DNA of 63,988 nt, filler included, from Sandaracinaceae bacterium (GTDB lineage: Bacteria > Myxococcota_A > Polyangia > Polyangiales > JADJQN01): NCBI GenBank assembly GCA_947483975.1. It is 9 parts of 9 records of this genome, joined end to end, with 100 filler letters (N's around TTAATTAATTAA, not from the genome) between each part and the next. Parts side by side here need not be neighbours in the genome. Positions count along the whole stretch, not along the records: positions 15,018 to 22,406 come from CANKOL010000270.1; positions 22,507 to 29,882 come from CANKOL010000271.1; positions 29,983 to 37,280 come from CANKOL010000272.1; 6 more parts are not named here. One strand, written 5' to 3'. The position numbers were made by a program, and so were the translations under genes. This document shows positions 19,837-30,349 of this stretch, one piece after another. The notes under the pieces are model-generated. The model did no database searches, had not been told where the DNA came from, and worked only from the letters and a program-made list of their open reading frames with translations. Every line of letters begins with the position of its first letter. Positions within the stretch are counted from its first letter, which is position 1.

Positions 19837-19878
19837 TGGCGCATCGTACCCCGGCGCGCGTTGCGGGCGCGCTGCCCC

Positions 19879-20721
19879 TCAGAGCTCCACGAGCACGCCG
19901 AGCGTCGGATAGATGATCAGATCGTTCGTCGAGACGCGCTGCGCGGGCTGCCCCGTCACGGTGAGGTCCGCGCCGCCGAGCCCGTACGCGACGGTCAGCT
20001 CGAGCACCACCCAGCAGTAGCGGAAGCCGAGCGCGCCGCCGATCTGCCCCGCGAGGAACGTCTGCGTGCCGCTCGCGTCGGCCGTCGCCGTCGTCGCGGG
20101 CGCGGTCAGCGTGAGGCCGACCGAGTACGAGGTGAACACGAGCTTCGGGCCCATCCACACGCGCCAGACGTCGGTGCTCCAGCCGAAGAGCAGCGGCACA
20201 TCGAGCTCGTAGCGCTTGTAGTCGTCCGCCGTGACGATGCCCTCTGCGAAGCTCGGCACGGGCAGCGCGAAGGCGTAGTAGCCGAGCCCGAGCCCGACGC
20301 TGACCGCGAGCTTGCCCGCGCGCGCTGACGACGGCACGACGAGCCCAACGCGCCCATCGAGGCGCAGGCTGCCGGCGCCGAGCCGAAAGCCGACGTCGAC
20401 GCGCTCGTGCAAGCCGACGCGCGCCTGCAACTCTGGGTTCAAGCTCGGCATCGCGAGCAGCCCGACGGTGGACGCGCGCAGCAGCTCGTCGCGCTCTGCG
20501 TCAGTGAGCGCCTCGCCGGCTGCGGCGCGATCAGAGAGCGTGTTGCCCGCGTCGAGCAGGTCCGAGAGCCCGCCGGCGGGAATGCTCGCCCCGGCCCCCG
20601 CGGTCACCCGTATATGGCCCGCGGGCGTGGTCTCCGCGGGCGTGAGCGTCGAGAGGTTCGTCCCGCAGCCGAGGAGCGCGGCGGCGAGCGCGAGCGGGAG
20701 CGCGTGGGCGAGTCGGAGCAT
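19879..20721 (-). CDS. Hypothetical lipoprotein with beta-barrel-like strands
   Basis: Lipobox LLGC; alternating hydrophobic strands, ends IYPTLGVLVEL. Confidence 0.7.
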   Translation of the reverse strand: MLRLAHALPLALAAALLGCGTNLSTLTPAETTPAGHIRVTAGAGASIPAGGLSDLLDAGNTLSDRAAAGEALTDAERDELLRASTVGLLAMPSLNPELQARVGLHERVDVGFRLGAGSLRLDGRVGLVVPSSARAGKLAVSVGLGLGYYAFALPVPSFAEGIVTADDYKRYELDVPLLFGWSTDVWRVWMGPKLVFTSYSVGLTLTAPATTATADASGTQTFLAGQIGGALGFRYCWVVLELTVAYGLGGADLTVTGQPAQRVSTNDLIIYPTLGVLVEL

Positions 20722-20846
20722 GAGGGGAGGCTGCCGGTATTCGTCGCGGGAGATCAAGCGCGATGCGCCCGACCGGAGCTGCCGCGTCTGCCCGCGAGTC
20801 GCACGAAGCGGGCGCTCGCGGTCCTCGCTCGGCCGGCGCCGGCCCG

Positions 20847-20869
20847 CCCTGCGACGATTCGCCGCAGGG
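20847..20869. promoter_or_regulatory. Putative RegA/RegR/PrrA-type binding site
   Basis: ccctGCGACgattcGCCGCaggg fits GCG(G/A)C-N5-G(T/C)CGC, upstream of an operon containing a regB-like kinase. Confidence 0.55.
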
Positions 20870-20904
20870 GCAGCCGCGGCCGACTCGCGTATGGGGACTT
20901 CCCC

Positions 20905-21804
20905 ATGCACGTCACTCGCGCGCTCTCGTCGCTCTCCTCGCTCGCCCTCCTCGGCGTGCTGCTCAGCGTCACGGCCCCGCCGTCCTCCGCGCGGGCTTGC
21001 GCCGCGTGCGGCTGCGGCGACCCGACGCTGACCGTGATGGGCAGCGAGCAGCCGTTCGCCGGGCGGTTCCGGCTCGGCTTGCGCCTGCGCCTGCGCGGCG
21101 ACCGCATCGACGACGTGCACATCCTCGAAGGGCGCAGCGACCTCACCGTCGCGTGGTCGCCGCTCGACGTGCTCACGCTCTCGGTCGAGGCGCCGGCCGT
21201 CTATCGCTCGGTGGCCATCCCCAACGCGCGCACGCGGGAGGCGCTCTCGTTCGGCGACGTCGAAGCACGCGCGCGCTGGTTCGTTTACCGCGACCGCGCG
21301 TTCGCGCCGCGCCATCTGCTCGCGCTCGTCGGCGGACTCTCGATGCCGACGGGGCGCGCCTCGTCGGAGGACGCTGGCTTGCCCGAGGACGCGCTCGCGG
21401 GCACGGGCGTCTGGAGTCCCCTGCTCGGCGTCTCGTACTCGTACTTCGCGCGGCCGTATTCCCTCTTCGCGAGCGTGGCCGGCTACGCGCGCCTCGGCAT
21501 GGCGAACGGCGAGTCGCCGGGAGAGTCGCTGCGCTTCACGACGGCGGCTCAGTATCAAGCGACCGAGGCCGTCGGGCTCCGGCTCTCCGTGGATGGCCGC
21601 GTCGACGGGCGCGCTCGCATGCAGGGCGAGCCGCGCGAGGCGGGCACCGGCGGGACGATCCTCTTCGCGGGCGCCGACGTCGTCCTCTCGCCGATGACTG
21701 ACCTGATCGTCGTCGCGGGCTTCCGCGTCCCCGTCGTGCAGGCGCTCGCCGGCTCGCACGTCGAGACGATGCTCGGCGAGGTCACCGTCGCCGCGGACCT
21801 CTGA
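20905..21804 (+). CDS. Outer-membrane beta-barrel transporter-like protein with an N-terminal CxxCxC motif
   Basis: Signal peptide ending ARA, then CAACGCGD; FGDVE, LSMPTG, LAGTG resemble MetA-pathway/SphA-like barrels. Confidence 0.7.
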   Translation: MHVTRALSSLSSLALLGVLLSVTAPPSSARACAACGCGDPTLTVMGSEQPFAGRFRLGLRLRLRGDRIDDVHILEGRSDLTVAWSPLDVLTLSVEAPAVYRSVAIPNARTREALSFGDVEARARWFVYRDRAFAPRHLLALVGGLSMPTGRASSEDAGLPEDALAGTGVWSPLLGVSYSYFARPYSLFASVAGYARLGMANGESPGESLRFTTAAQYQATEAVGLRLSVDGRVDGRARMQGEPREAGTGGTILFAGADVVLSPMTDLIVVAGFRVPVVQALAGSHVETMLGEVTVAADL

Positions 21805-21821
21805 CCGCGCGGGCTGACCTC

Positions 21822-22406
21822 GTGCACACTGGGCGCCTCGTGGCACTCGCGCCGACCCCGCAAAGCTCGACCGATCCCAGCGTGCCCTGGCTGCTGCGCC
21901 TGCGCTGGGGCGCCGTGCTCGCGGTCGCCTCCGCGCTCTTCGTCGCGGTCCGTGTGCTGCACATGGCGCTCCCGCTCGAGCCGCTGCTCGCGCTCGTGCT
22001 CGGCGCGGGGCTGGCGAACGCAGTGCTCGTTTTGCGCGTCGCGCGCGGCGGCGGGCTGAGCCGCCGAGCGATCGGGGGAGTGCTCGCCTTCGATGTGCTG
22101 ATGCTCACCGCCTTGCTCTACTTCTCCGGTGGTCCCGCGAATCCGTTCAGCGTGCTCTATCTCGTCTACGTCACGCTCGCGGCCGTCGTGCTCGGCGCGC
22201 CCTCAGCCTACGGGCTCGCGCTCCTCGCGACGGCGAGCTACGGGCTGCTCTTCCTCGATCACGTGCCGGTGCCGATGCTCGTGCGGCTCGGCGAGGGCAC
22301 GATCAGCGTGCATCTGCTCGGGATGTGGGTGGCGTTCGCGCTCGCCGCCGCGCTCGTCGCGCACTTCGTCGGGCGCGTGTCGGGCGCCCTCGCAGCGCGC
22401 GACGCC
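21822..22406 (+). CDS. RegB/PrrB-like sensor histidine kinase, N-terminal TM part; 3' partial
   Basis: WLLRLRW, DVLMLTALLYFSGGPANPF, HLLGMWVAF. Confidence 0.85.
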
Positions 22407-22506
22407 NNNNNNNNNNNNNNNNNNNNNNNNNNNNNNNNNNNNNNNNNNNNTTAATTAATTAANNNNNNNNNNNNNNNNNNNNNNNNNNNNNNNNNNNNNN
22501 NNNNNN
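22407..22506. other. Artificial contig linker
   Basis: N-run with TTAATTAATTAA. Confidence 0.99.
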
Positions 22507-22994
22507 GCCGCGAGGTCGCCGTCGTTGTCCTTGCCGTCGGCGCAGTCGAGCTCAGCGTCGCAGACGGTGACGTACATCCCGTGGCTGCAGCCGAAGTCGC
22601 GGCAGTCGGCGAAGCCGTTGGCGTCGTTGTCGAGTCCGTCGCTGCAGCGCTCGTCGTTGAACTCGTTGGAGCAGCAGTTCTCGGGGATCGCCTGGCAGCC
22701 CGGATCACCGCAGTCGAAGCGACCGTCGTTGTCGTTGTCGATGTGATCGTTGCAGGCGCCGAAGTTGTCCTCGGGCTCGTCGGGCGGGACGAGCGGGATG
22801 AACTCACCGCAGAGAGTCGAGCGGCGCAGGCAGTCGTCGTCCTGACAGTCCGTCTGACCGTCGCGGTCGTCGTCGACGCCGTTGGAGCAGGCTTCGTCGT
22901 TGGTCTCGTAGCCGAGGACGAGGACGCCCGGATCCACCCAACAGCCTGCGAAGGAGACGGCGAGGACGAGCAGAGAAAACGAGGAGATGCGCAT
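22507..22994 (-). CDS. Lipoprotein with C-x-(N/D)G-x-D(N/D)D-x-(D/N)G-xx-DC repeats; 3' partial
   Basis: Lipobox FAGC; four Cys/Asp repeats. Confidence 0.8.
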
Positions 22995-22999
22995 GGGGA

Positions 23000-24058
23000 T
23001 CAGTGCCTGAGGCAAGCGGCTTGGTTCATGCCGTAGCGCCGGTTGAAGCTGACGTTGAGCATGCAAGAGCCCGGCGCCTCGGTGACCGTGCCGAGCGCGC
23101 CGGACGCCTTGGCGGCGGCGAGCGCGCGGGTGAGCGGCGCGATGGCGTTCGGCGGGACCCACTGCGGGAGCTCGTCGTGGCGCAGGAAGAACGCGGTGGC
23201 GTTCGAGAGGTGGAGGTTGTCGAGGTCGGCGAGGGACGCGATCGCGGGGATCGGCCCGTTGTGGCTGTCCTCGGCGGGCTGACGCGGCGGGGTCGTCGCG
23301 GCGGTGCTCGCGATGGCGGCGGCGAGCATGCGGTCCTCACGAAGCTGCGCGGCGACGGCGTCGACGCGGGCGTAGTCGACCTGCTTCTCGGTCATGCAGA
23401 CCATCTGGCACTCGTCGTAGTTCTCGTGATGCTTCATCGAGTCGGAGTGCCCGTCGCGCGTCGAGATCATCCGGTTGTAGGAGTAGTCGCGATCGGGCGA
23501 CTCGTTCGCCGAGTGGATCGAGGTGACGATGAACTGGGGGACACCGTGCGACCACATCCCGCGGTGCTCGGCGATCGCGAGCCGCTGCGCGCGGATGATC
23601 TCGATGCGACCCGGCTGGTCGTCGACGCTGTACACGTGCGCGAGGCCCTTGCGGACGTCGTCGACGGCGAGGTCCGGGCAGCTCCAGAGCGTGCGCCCGT
23701 AGCCGTCGCGGCTCATATCGCTCGTGCAGTGCCAGACGCCGCGGCGCGCGTTGAGGGTCGCCATCTTGGCGTTGACGTAGAGCTCCCAGGCGTTCCACGT
23801 GCCCCACTGGTGGGCGGGGCCGAAGCTCTCGAGCGTGTTGTAGCCGCCGAGGCGCGCCTTGTTGCCGGTGAGCGGGCCCGACAGCACGCGGAAGCTGTCG
23901 CCGTCGTTGAAGTAGACCGGGGTCGGCGTGCCGTTGAGGTAGACGCGCGTCTCGGGCTCGGCGTGCGCGGCGCTGCGCCAGGTCACGAGGACCAGCGCAG
24001 CGAGCACGAGGGCGACGAGCGAACCGGCCGACCGCTGCGTGCGGGACTGGAAAGACAT
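23000..24058 (-). CDS. Exported thermonuclease (SNase)-family protein
   Basis: Signal/TM segment, then NDGDSF, RLGGYNTLE, DGYGRTL, GLA, RGMW. Confidence 0.75.
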   Translation of the reverse strand: MSFQSRTQRSAGSLVALVLAALVLVTWRSAAHAEPETRVYLNGTPTPVYFNDGDSFRVLSGPLTGNKARLGGYNTLESFGPAHQWGTWNAWELYVNAKMATLNARRGVWHCTSDMSRDGYGRTLWSCPDLAVDDVRKGLAHVYSVDDQPGRIEIIRAQRLAIAEHRGMWSHGVPQFIVTSIHSANESPDRDYSYNRMISTRDGHSDSMKHHENYDECQMVCMTEKQVDYARVDAVAAQLREDRMLAAAIASTAATTPPRQPAEDSHNGPIPAIASLADLDNLHLSNATAFFLRHDELPQWVPPNAIAPLTRALAAAKASGALGTVTEAPGSCMLNVSFNRRYGMNQAACLRH

Positions 24059-24132
24059 CGGCCGCATTCAGTCCCGGCGCGCGCGCGATGTCAACCGTCG
24101 CGCGCAATCGCCGCGGGTCCGCGACCGAATTG

Positions 24133-25896
24133 TCAAGGAGCCGGCGGAACCCAGGCGATCAGGGCGCGCATCTTCTCCTCGAGGCGCGGCCACGCCTCGG
24201 GCCCGAGGCTGTTCTGCTCCTCGTAGTGCGAGCCCGGGGCCTCCGTGATGTAGGGCGACGCGCCGAGCTGATAGTCGAACTCGGGGACGAGGTAGCCGAA
24301 GAAGTCCTCCGCGCAGCCGAACAGGAACACGTATTCGGCCGAGGGGCGCGCGTCGGTGGCGCGCTGTCTCAGGTAGCCGTCGTCGGGCGCGAGGTCGAGG
24401 TTGGGCGGGTTCTCGGCGGTCAGGTCGACGACGGGCGCGCCGGCGGGCGTGTACGAGCCGTCCTTGCCGCCGAGGAAGAGCATCGGGTCGAGCTCGCCGG
24501 GCGCCGTGACGATGCGCGCGCGGCCGATGTCGAGGACGGCGATCTCCGTCTCGAGCCAAGGGACGTTGGTCGCGCTCGCGGGGCGACCGGGGTTGTAGGC
24601 GTAGAGCGTGCGCGAGAAGACGCCGAGCTGGTTGCCGAGCTGAAAGAGCGTGTTCTGGATCTTCAGCTTGAGGTTGTAGTTGCGGTACGCGAGCGCGGCG
24701 GTCTCGTCGGTGACGACGCCGCTCGTGTCCGACAGCGCGCGGAGCGCCTGCTGCGCGAGGCGAGTGCCGAGCACGATGGTCGTCTCGGCGGAGCGCCGGT
24801 CGAGCGCGGTGGTGCCGTCGAAGTCGAGCGGCGTCGTGCGCGCGGGGCCGATCTGCACGCCGAGCGCGCCCTGGAAGAAGACGCAGACGCCGCCGACGCC
24901 GGGCAGGTCGGTCTCCATCGGCGACGGCGCGGGGACGCCGTTCTCGATGCCGTCGCGCAGGTAGTGGACGTAGTCGCTCGAGAGCAGCTGATTCTCGCTG
25001 CCGCCGTACTCGGGGTGCGCGGCGAAGTTCACGAGCGTCGCGATGGTCGTCGCCTCGTCGGCGGCGGGCGTCAGGCGGATCAGGCGCGCCTCGTCGTCGA
25101 GGATGTTCGGGTCGCGGCCGTCGCCGACGTAGCGGTTGGTGCCGCCCTCCATCGCGCGCACGTCGAAGTGCGTGTACTGGATGTGCGCAGGCTGGAGCGC
25201 GTCGACGGCTTGCTTCGCGGCCGTCGCGATCGCGCGGTTGATGCGGTCGTTGTAGGCGTCGTCGCGCCCGGTGACGCCGGGGCTCGGGCCCCACTGACCG
25301 ATGGTGTCGGGCGCCTCGTGCGTGTGCGTCGAGGAGACGAGCAGATGGTCGAAGTCGACGCCCATCTCCCGCGCGTAGCCGCGCGCCGTGTCGATGTCGT
25401 CCTTCATGTAGCCGACGACGTCGATGGCGACGAGGACGAGCGTGGTGCCGTTGGTGCGGAGCGCGATCGCGCGCGCCCACTGCTGGTTGAGCACGCCCGA
25501 AGCGCCGCGCGCGCTGCCGTAGCCGGCGATCCAGACGCCGTCGAAGACGCCGTTGCCGTTCTTGTCCATGAACTCGTCGCCGCCGCCCGGATCGAACGAG
25601 CCGTCGCCGTTCACGTCGACGGTCTGGTAGTCGACGTTCGTGAGGTCGGCGGTGATGTCCACCTTGCCGGCGCCCGCGTAGAGCACGTCGTCGCCCGCGG
25701 CGGGGCAGTCGGCGCCGCCCGGGCAATACGAGAGCGGCACGGGGTCGTCGATGACGACGCCGAAGTCCCGGCGCCCGCCCGCGTCGACGGGGGGCGTCCC
25801 CGCGTCGACCATCGGCGTGGCGTCGTCATCTCCGCAGGCGACGAGCAAGAGGAGCGCGGGCGCGAGGAGGCGCAGAAGGACGGAGGTGCGGTGCAT
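24133..25896 (-). CDS. Neutral/alkaline ceramidase-like lipoprotein
   Basis: Lipobox LVAC; AGAGKVDIT, SSTHTHEAP, NFAAHPE, PGE, GYLVP; DxNGDG-type loops. Confidence 0.8.
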   Translation of the reverse strand: MHRTSVLLRLLAPALLLLVACGDDDATPMVDAGTPPVDAGGRRDFGVVIDDPVPLSYCPGGADCPAAGDDVLYAGAGKVDITADLTNVDYQTVDVNGDGSFDPGGGDEFMDKNGNGVFDGVWIAGYGSARGASGVLNQQWARAIALRTNGTTLVLVAIDVVGYMKDDIDTARGYAREMGVDFDHLLVSSTHTHEAPDTIGQWGPSPGVTGRDDAYNDRINRAIATAAKQAVDALQPAHIQYTHFDVRAMEGGTNRYVGDGRDPNILDDEARLIRLTPAADEATTIATLVNFAAHPEYGGSENQLLSSDYVHYLRDGIENGVPAPSPMETDLPGVGGVCVFFQGALGVQIGPARTTPLDFDGTTALDRRSAETTIVLGTRLAQQALRALSDTSGVVTDETAALAYRNYNLKLKIQNTLFQLGNQLGVFSRTLYAYNPGRPASATNVPWLETEIAVLDIGRARIVTAPGELDPMLFLGGKDGSYTPAGAPVVDLTAENPPNLDLAPDDGYLRQRATDARPSAEYVFLFGCAEDFFGYLVPEFDYQLGASPYITEAPGSHYEEQNSLGPEAWPRLEEKMRALIAWVPPAP

Positions 25897-25987
25897 CGAC
25901 GGATTCTCCCGGGGGGCTCGTGGCGCGATGGTATCGCGTCACACGCCGCGCGCGCCGGGAGAATTCAGGGCGCGTCGGGAGGAGAAG

Positions 25988-26821
25988 TCAGGGCGCGTCC
26001 GCAGGCTCTGCGGAGAGCGAGGGGGACATCGGGTGCTCTTCCGGTGCGACGCGGCAGTCGGCTTGCCACGCCTCGGCGAGGACGCGCTCGACCTCCGCGA
26101 GCACCTCGGGCGCGGTCGTCGCGTCGATGCGCACCGTGGTCGCGCCCGTCGGCTCGAGATCGGCGAGCACCTCGATCAGGTCCTCGGTCGGGAGCGAGAG
26201 TCGCAGCACGCCGACCATGTCGGGATCGAGCTGCACGGCCTCCCCGGCGCACGGCGCGTCGAGGGTCATCGGGCGCGTGCTGACGATCTCGTAGGTCACC
26301 GCGCCGTGCGTGATGCGTAGCTCGATCGAGGGCGCGCCTGCCGTCGGCGGGGCGAGATCGAGCACCGCGCGGCCGTACGTCGCCGGGGACGCGCCGACGA
26401 GCTCGACGTCGCGCGGACCTCCGACGAGCGAGAGGCGCGTCGGGCCGCTGCTCTGCGGGACGGGGAGGTCGACTCGGTCGCTCGGCGAGCGCGCGCCGGC
26501 GACCGCGAGGGTCAGCTGCGCGACGTGGAAGTCGTCACCGAGCGCGGGCGCCTCGAGGGACTCCCAGGGCTCGCCCCCGACGGCGAGGCGGACGGCGACG
26601 ACGAGCCGGGTGCCGCTGACGACGGTGCCACCGTCGGAGGTCAGCGGCGGGGGCGTAGCGGGTGGGTCGCAGCCGAGCGCGGCGACCGCGAGCAGGGCGC
26701 CGAGAGTGCAGCGAAGGGACAGCTGTACGAAGTTTGCACAGAGCGGGGGCCCCGAAAAATACTGAGGAGTGCCGCGTAAGCGGGCGTTCTCACTCGGGTT
26801 CTGGCTCGTCTCGGTGCCCAT
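25988..26821 (-). CDS. Hypothetical (lipo)protein; start uncertain
   Basis: Lipobox-like AALGC inside the ORF; GC3-rich codons; no recognised family. Confidence 0.5.
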   Translation of the reverse strand: MGTETSQNPSENARLRGTPQYFSGPPLCANFVQLSLRCTLGALLAVAALGCDPPATPPPLTSDGGTVVSGTRLVVAVRLAVGGEPWESLEAPALGDDFHVAQLTLAVAGARSPSDRVDLPVPQSSGPTRLSLVGGPRDVELVGASPATYGRAVLDLAPPTAGAPSIELRITHGAVTYEIVSTRPMTLDAPCAGEAVQLDPDMVGVLRLSLPTEDLIEVLADLEPTGATTVRIDATTAPEVLAEVERVLAEAWQADCRVAPEEHPMSPSLSAEPADAP

Positions 26822-26871
26822 ACTGCGCAGCCTCCTGGGGTCCGGCACGGTCCTCTTGCGAGGGTCGGGCC

Positions 26872-28323
26872 ATGACTCCACTCCCGCTCGTTCGGACCGC
26901 CACTCTAGCTCGATTCGCCTTCGCCTTGGTCGTCCTGACGGCGGCCGCGGTCGCCGGCTGCACAGGAAGCTCGACCTCCCTCCCGCCCCCTCCTCTCCCC
27001 GACGGCGCGGTGGCAGACGGCGGCACGCTCGACGGCGCGGCCGTCGATGCGCCCCCGGTCACCTGCGCGTCACCGCTCATCAGCTGCGGCGGCGCGTGCG
27101 TCAACACCGCTTCGAACGACGCCAACTGCGGCGCCTGCGGCGACGCCTGCGCGGTCGGTCAGACCTGTACGAGCTCGGTCTGCGCGTGCGCAGCCGGCCT
27201 CGTGACCTGCGGCCCCGACTGCGCCGACCTCTCCTCGAGCGTCGATCACTGCGGCTCGTGCGGCAACAACTGCAACACCGGCGAGACGTGCGTCTCCGGG
27301 GCGTGCACCTGCCCGTCGCCCGCGACGAGCTGCCGCAACGGCTGCTTCGACCTAGCGAGCGACGAGCGGAGCTGCGGCACCTGCGGCAACGTCTGCAACC
27401 CCGGCGCGATCTGCCTGGCGAGCGCGTGCACCTGCCCCGCGGGGACGACGGACTGCGGCGGCGGCTGCACGACCGGCCTGATGAACGACCCGCTCAACTG
27501 CGGCACCTGCGGCAACTCCTGCGCGACCGGCTCGACCTGCAACGCTGGCGTCTGCACCTGCCCCGCGTCCCAGATCGTGTGCGCGAGCGGCGGCGGCACG
27601 ACGACCTGCGTGGACGTCTCGACCGACATGAACAACTGCGGCGGCTGCGGCATGAACTGCCCGATGGGCTCGACCTGCGTGTCCGGCCTCTGCCAGTGCG
27701 GCCCCGGGCAGCTGGATTGCGGCGGTAACTGCACGAACGTCGCGACCGACCCGCGCAACTGCGGCGGCTGCGGCATGAACTGCGGCTTCGGCACGAGCTG
27801 TGTGTCCGGGGTGTGCAGCTGCCCGGCTGGGCTCACGCCGACGCCCGGCGGCGGCTGCGTCGACACGACGCGTGACCCGAACAACTGCGGCTCGCCTGGC
27901 AACGGCTGCGCGGACACCGAGTACTGCGTCGCCGGGAACTGCGTCTGCCGCCCGGGGCTGACGCTCGACCGCGGAAACTGCATCGACCTGCAGTCCGACC
28001 CGAACAACTGCGGCTCGATCGGCAATGGCTGCGGCGGCGGCTCGCCCCGCTGCTCGGGCGGCTCCTGCGTCTCGGGCTGCGGCGGCTTCGACCAGTGCGG
28101 CAACTCCTGCGTGGACTTCAACACGGACCCGCTCAACTGCGGCGATTGCGGCAACGGCTGCGCGGTCGACGAGGTCTGTGCGGGCGGCCGCTGCCGCGCC
28201 TTCAACACGGCCGCCGGCTGCACCTCGTGTCCGTGCGATGTGTGCCGCGGCGGTGGGCTCTGCTGCCTCTACCCGACGACCACGTCCGACACGATCTGCG
28301 TCGACAGCCGTAGCTGCCCGTGA
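26872..28323 (+). CDS. Cys-rich repeat lipoprotein (D.xNCGxCGxxC repeats, myxobacterial MXAN_6577-like)
   Basis: Lipobox VAGC; about nine DPxNCGxCGxxC...C.xG.C repeats. Confidence 0.85.
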   Translation: MTPLPLVRTATLARFAFALVVLTAAAVAGCTGSSTSLPPPPLPDGAVADGGTLDGAAVDAPPVTCASPLISCGGACVNTASNDANCGACGDACAVGQTCTSSVCACAAGLVTCGPDCADLSSSVDHCGSCGNNCNTGETCVSGACTCPSPATSCRNGCFDLASDERSCGTCGNVCNPGAICLASACTCPAGTTDCGGGCTTGLMNDPLNCGTCGNSCATGSTCNAGVCTCPASQIVCASGGGTTTCVDVSTDMNNCGGCGMNCPMGSTCVSGLCQCGPGQLDCGGNCTNVATDPRNCGGCGMNCGFGTSCVSGVCSCPAGLTPTPGGGCVDTTRDPNNCGSPGNGCADTEYCVAGNCVCRPGLTLDRGNCIDLQSDPNNCGSIGNGCGGGSPRCSGGSCVSGCGGFDQCGNSCVDFNTDPLNCGDCGNGCAVDEVCAGGRCRAFNTAAGCTSCPCDVCRGGGLCCLYPTTTSDTICVDSRSCP

Positions 28324-28383
28324 TCATCGGCCTGCCGCTGAGTCCCACCGACTCGGCGGCAGCCTGATACTGTCCGACCCACG

Positions 28384-29448
<1,065 letters not shown>

Positions 29449-29499
29449 CGACGCGCGGGGCGTCGGCGGCTCTGCGCCTCGAGGCGTCGCCGACGCGCG

Positions 29500-29880
29500 T
29501 CAGAGCACCTCGACCGGCGGCACGTAGAACGCGAGCCCGCTCGCGTCGGCGCAGAGCACGGTGCCGTCGCCGAGCACGAGGAGCTGCGGCGCCGACTGGG
29601 CCCACGGGAGGGAGCCGGTGGGCAGCACGATGCCGGGGAAGGTCTCGAGGTCCACGCGCACGAGCTCGGCGGTGGAGAGCGCTGCGCCCGACGCTCCAGT
29701 GCCGCCCGCGAGCAGCACGAGGCCCTCGCCGAGCATCAGCGCGGCGGCGCCCGCGCGGGCCGCGAAGAGCGAGCGAGGCGGTGGGGCGACGACGGTGAGA
29801 CCGTCGGCGTTCGCGCTGAGGAGGCGCACTGCGTCGCTCGGGATTCCGTCGTCGGACTCGCCGCCGGCGATGAGCACGAG
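29500..29880 (-). CDS. Kelch/galactose-oxidase-like repeat protein, C-terminal fragment; 5' partial
   Basis: VLIAGG, RAGAAALML..VLLAGG...STAEL, TGSL. Confidence 0.65.
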   Translation of the reverse strand, partial: LVLIAGGESDDGIPSDAVRLLSANADGLTVVAPPPRSLFAARAGAAALMLGEGLVLLAGGTGASGAALSTAELVRVDLETFPGIVLPTGSLPWAQSAPQLLVLGDGTVLCADASGLAFYVPPVEVL

Positions 29881-29882
29881 GC

Positions 29883-29982
29883 NNNNNNNNNNNNNNNNNN
29901 NNNNNNNNNNNNNNNNNNNNNNNNNNTTAATTAATTAANNNNNNNNNNNNNNNNNNNNNNNNNNNNNNNNNNNNNNNNNNNN
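29883..29982. other. Artificial contig linker
   Basis: N-run with TTAATTAATTAA. Confidence 0.99.
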
Positions 29983-29984
29983 CG

Positions 29985-30257
29985 CCGGCTCCGCCCCGCG
30001 CGCCCGTCGTCGAGGCGGCGCCCGCAGCCGCCTCCGCGCGCGGCGGCACTGGCTCAGGCACGCTCGCGATCAGCACCCAGCCCTGGGCGCACATCTTCGT
30101 CGACGGCCACGACAGCCACCGGGACACTCCGGTGCGGGACCTGCGCGCGCGCTCGGGTCACCACACGATCGGGCTGCGCAAGCCCGACAACACCATGGTG
30201 GAGATCGAGGTCGACGTCGTCGCCGGCGAGACGCTGACGATCATCCGTCGGCTCTGA
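29985..30257 (+). CDS. PEGA-like domain, C-terminal fragment (typical of myxobacterial Ser/Thr kinases); 5' partial
   Basis: My translation: GTLAISTQPWAHIFVDG...TPV...GHHTI...VDVVAGET; not in the ORF track. Confidence 0.7.
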   Translation, partial: PAPPRAPVVEAAPAAASARGGTGSGTLAISTQPWAHIFVDGHDSHRDTPVRDLRARSGHHTIGLRKPDNTMVEIEVDVVAGETLTIIRRL

Positions 30258-30349
30258 GCGAGCCCGCTCCGCCCGCTCGCTCCCCCTCGCGCTCGGGCGC
30301 TCGGCACCTCCGCTGAGCGGCCCGAGCGCATTGTTGCTACGCTGAGACA

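Noticed and set aside
26843..26860. sigma54-like ggcacg...ttgc upstream of the Cys-rich lipoprotein
   Set aside because: GG-to-GC spacing is 12 nt rather than the required 10.
26872..28323. Cys-rich protein as a multiheme cytochrome or RiPP precursor
   Set aside because: The CxxC motifs lack the CxxCH histidine and no maturase is adjacent; it fits a disulfide-repeat surface protein.
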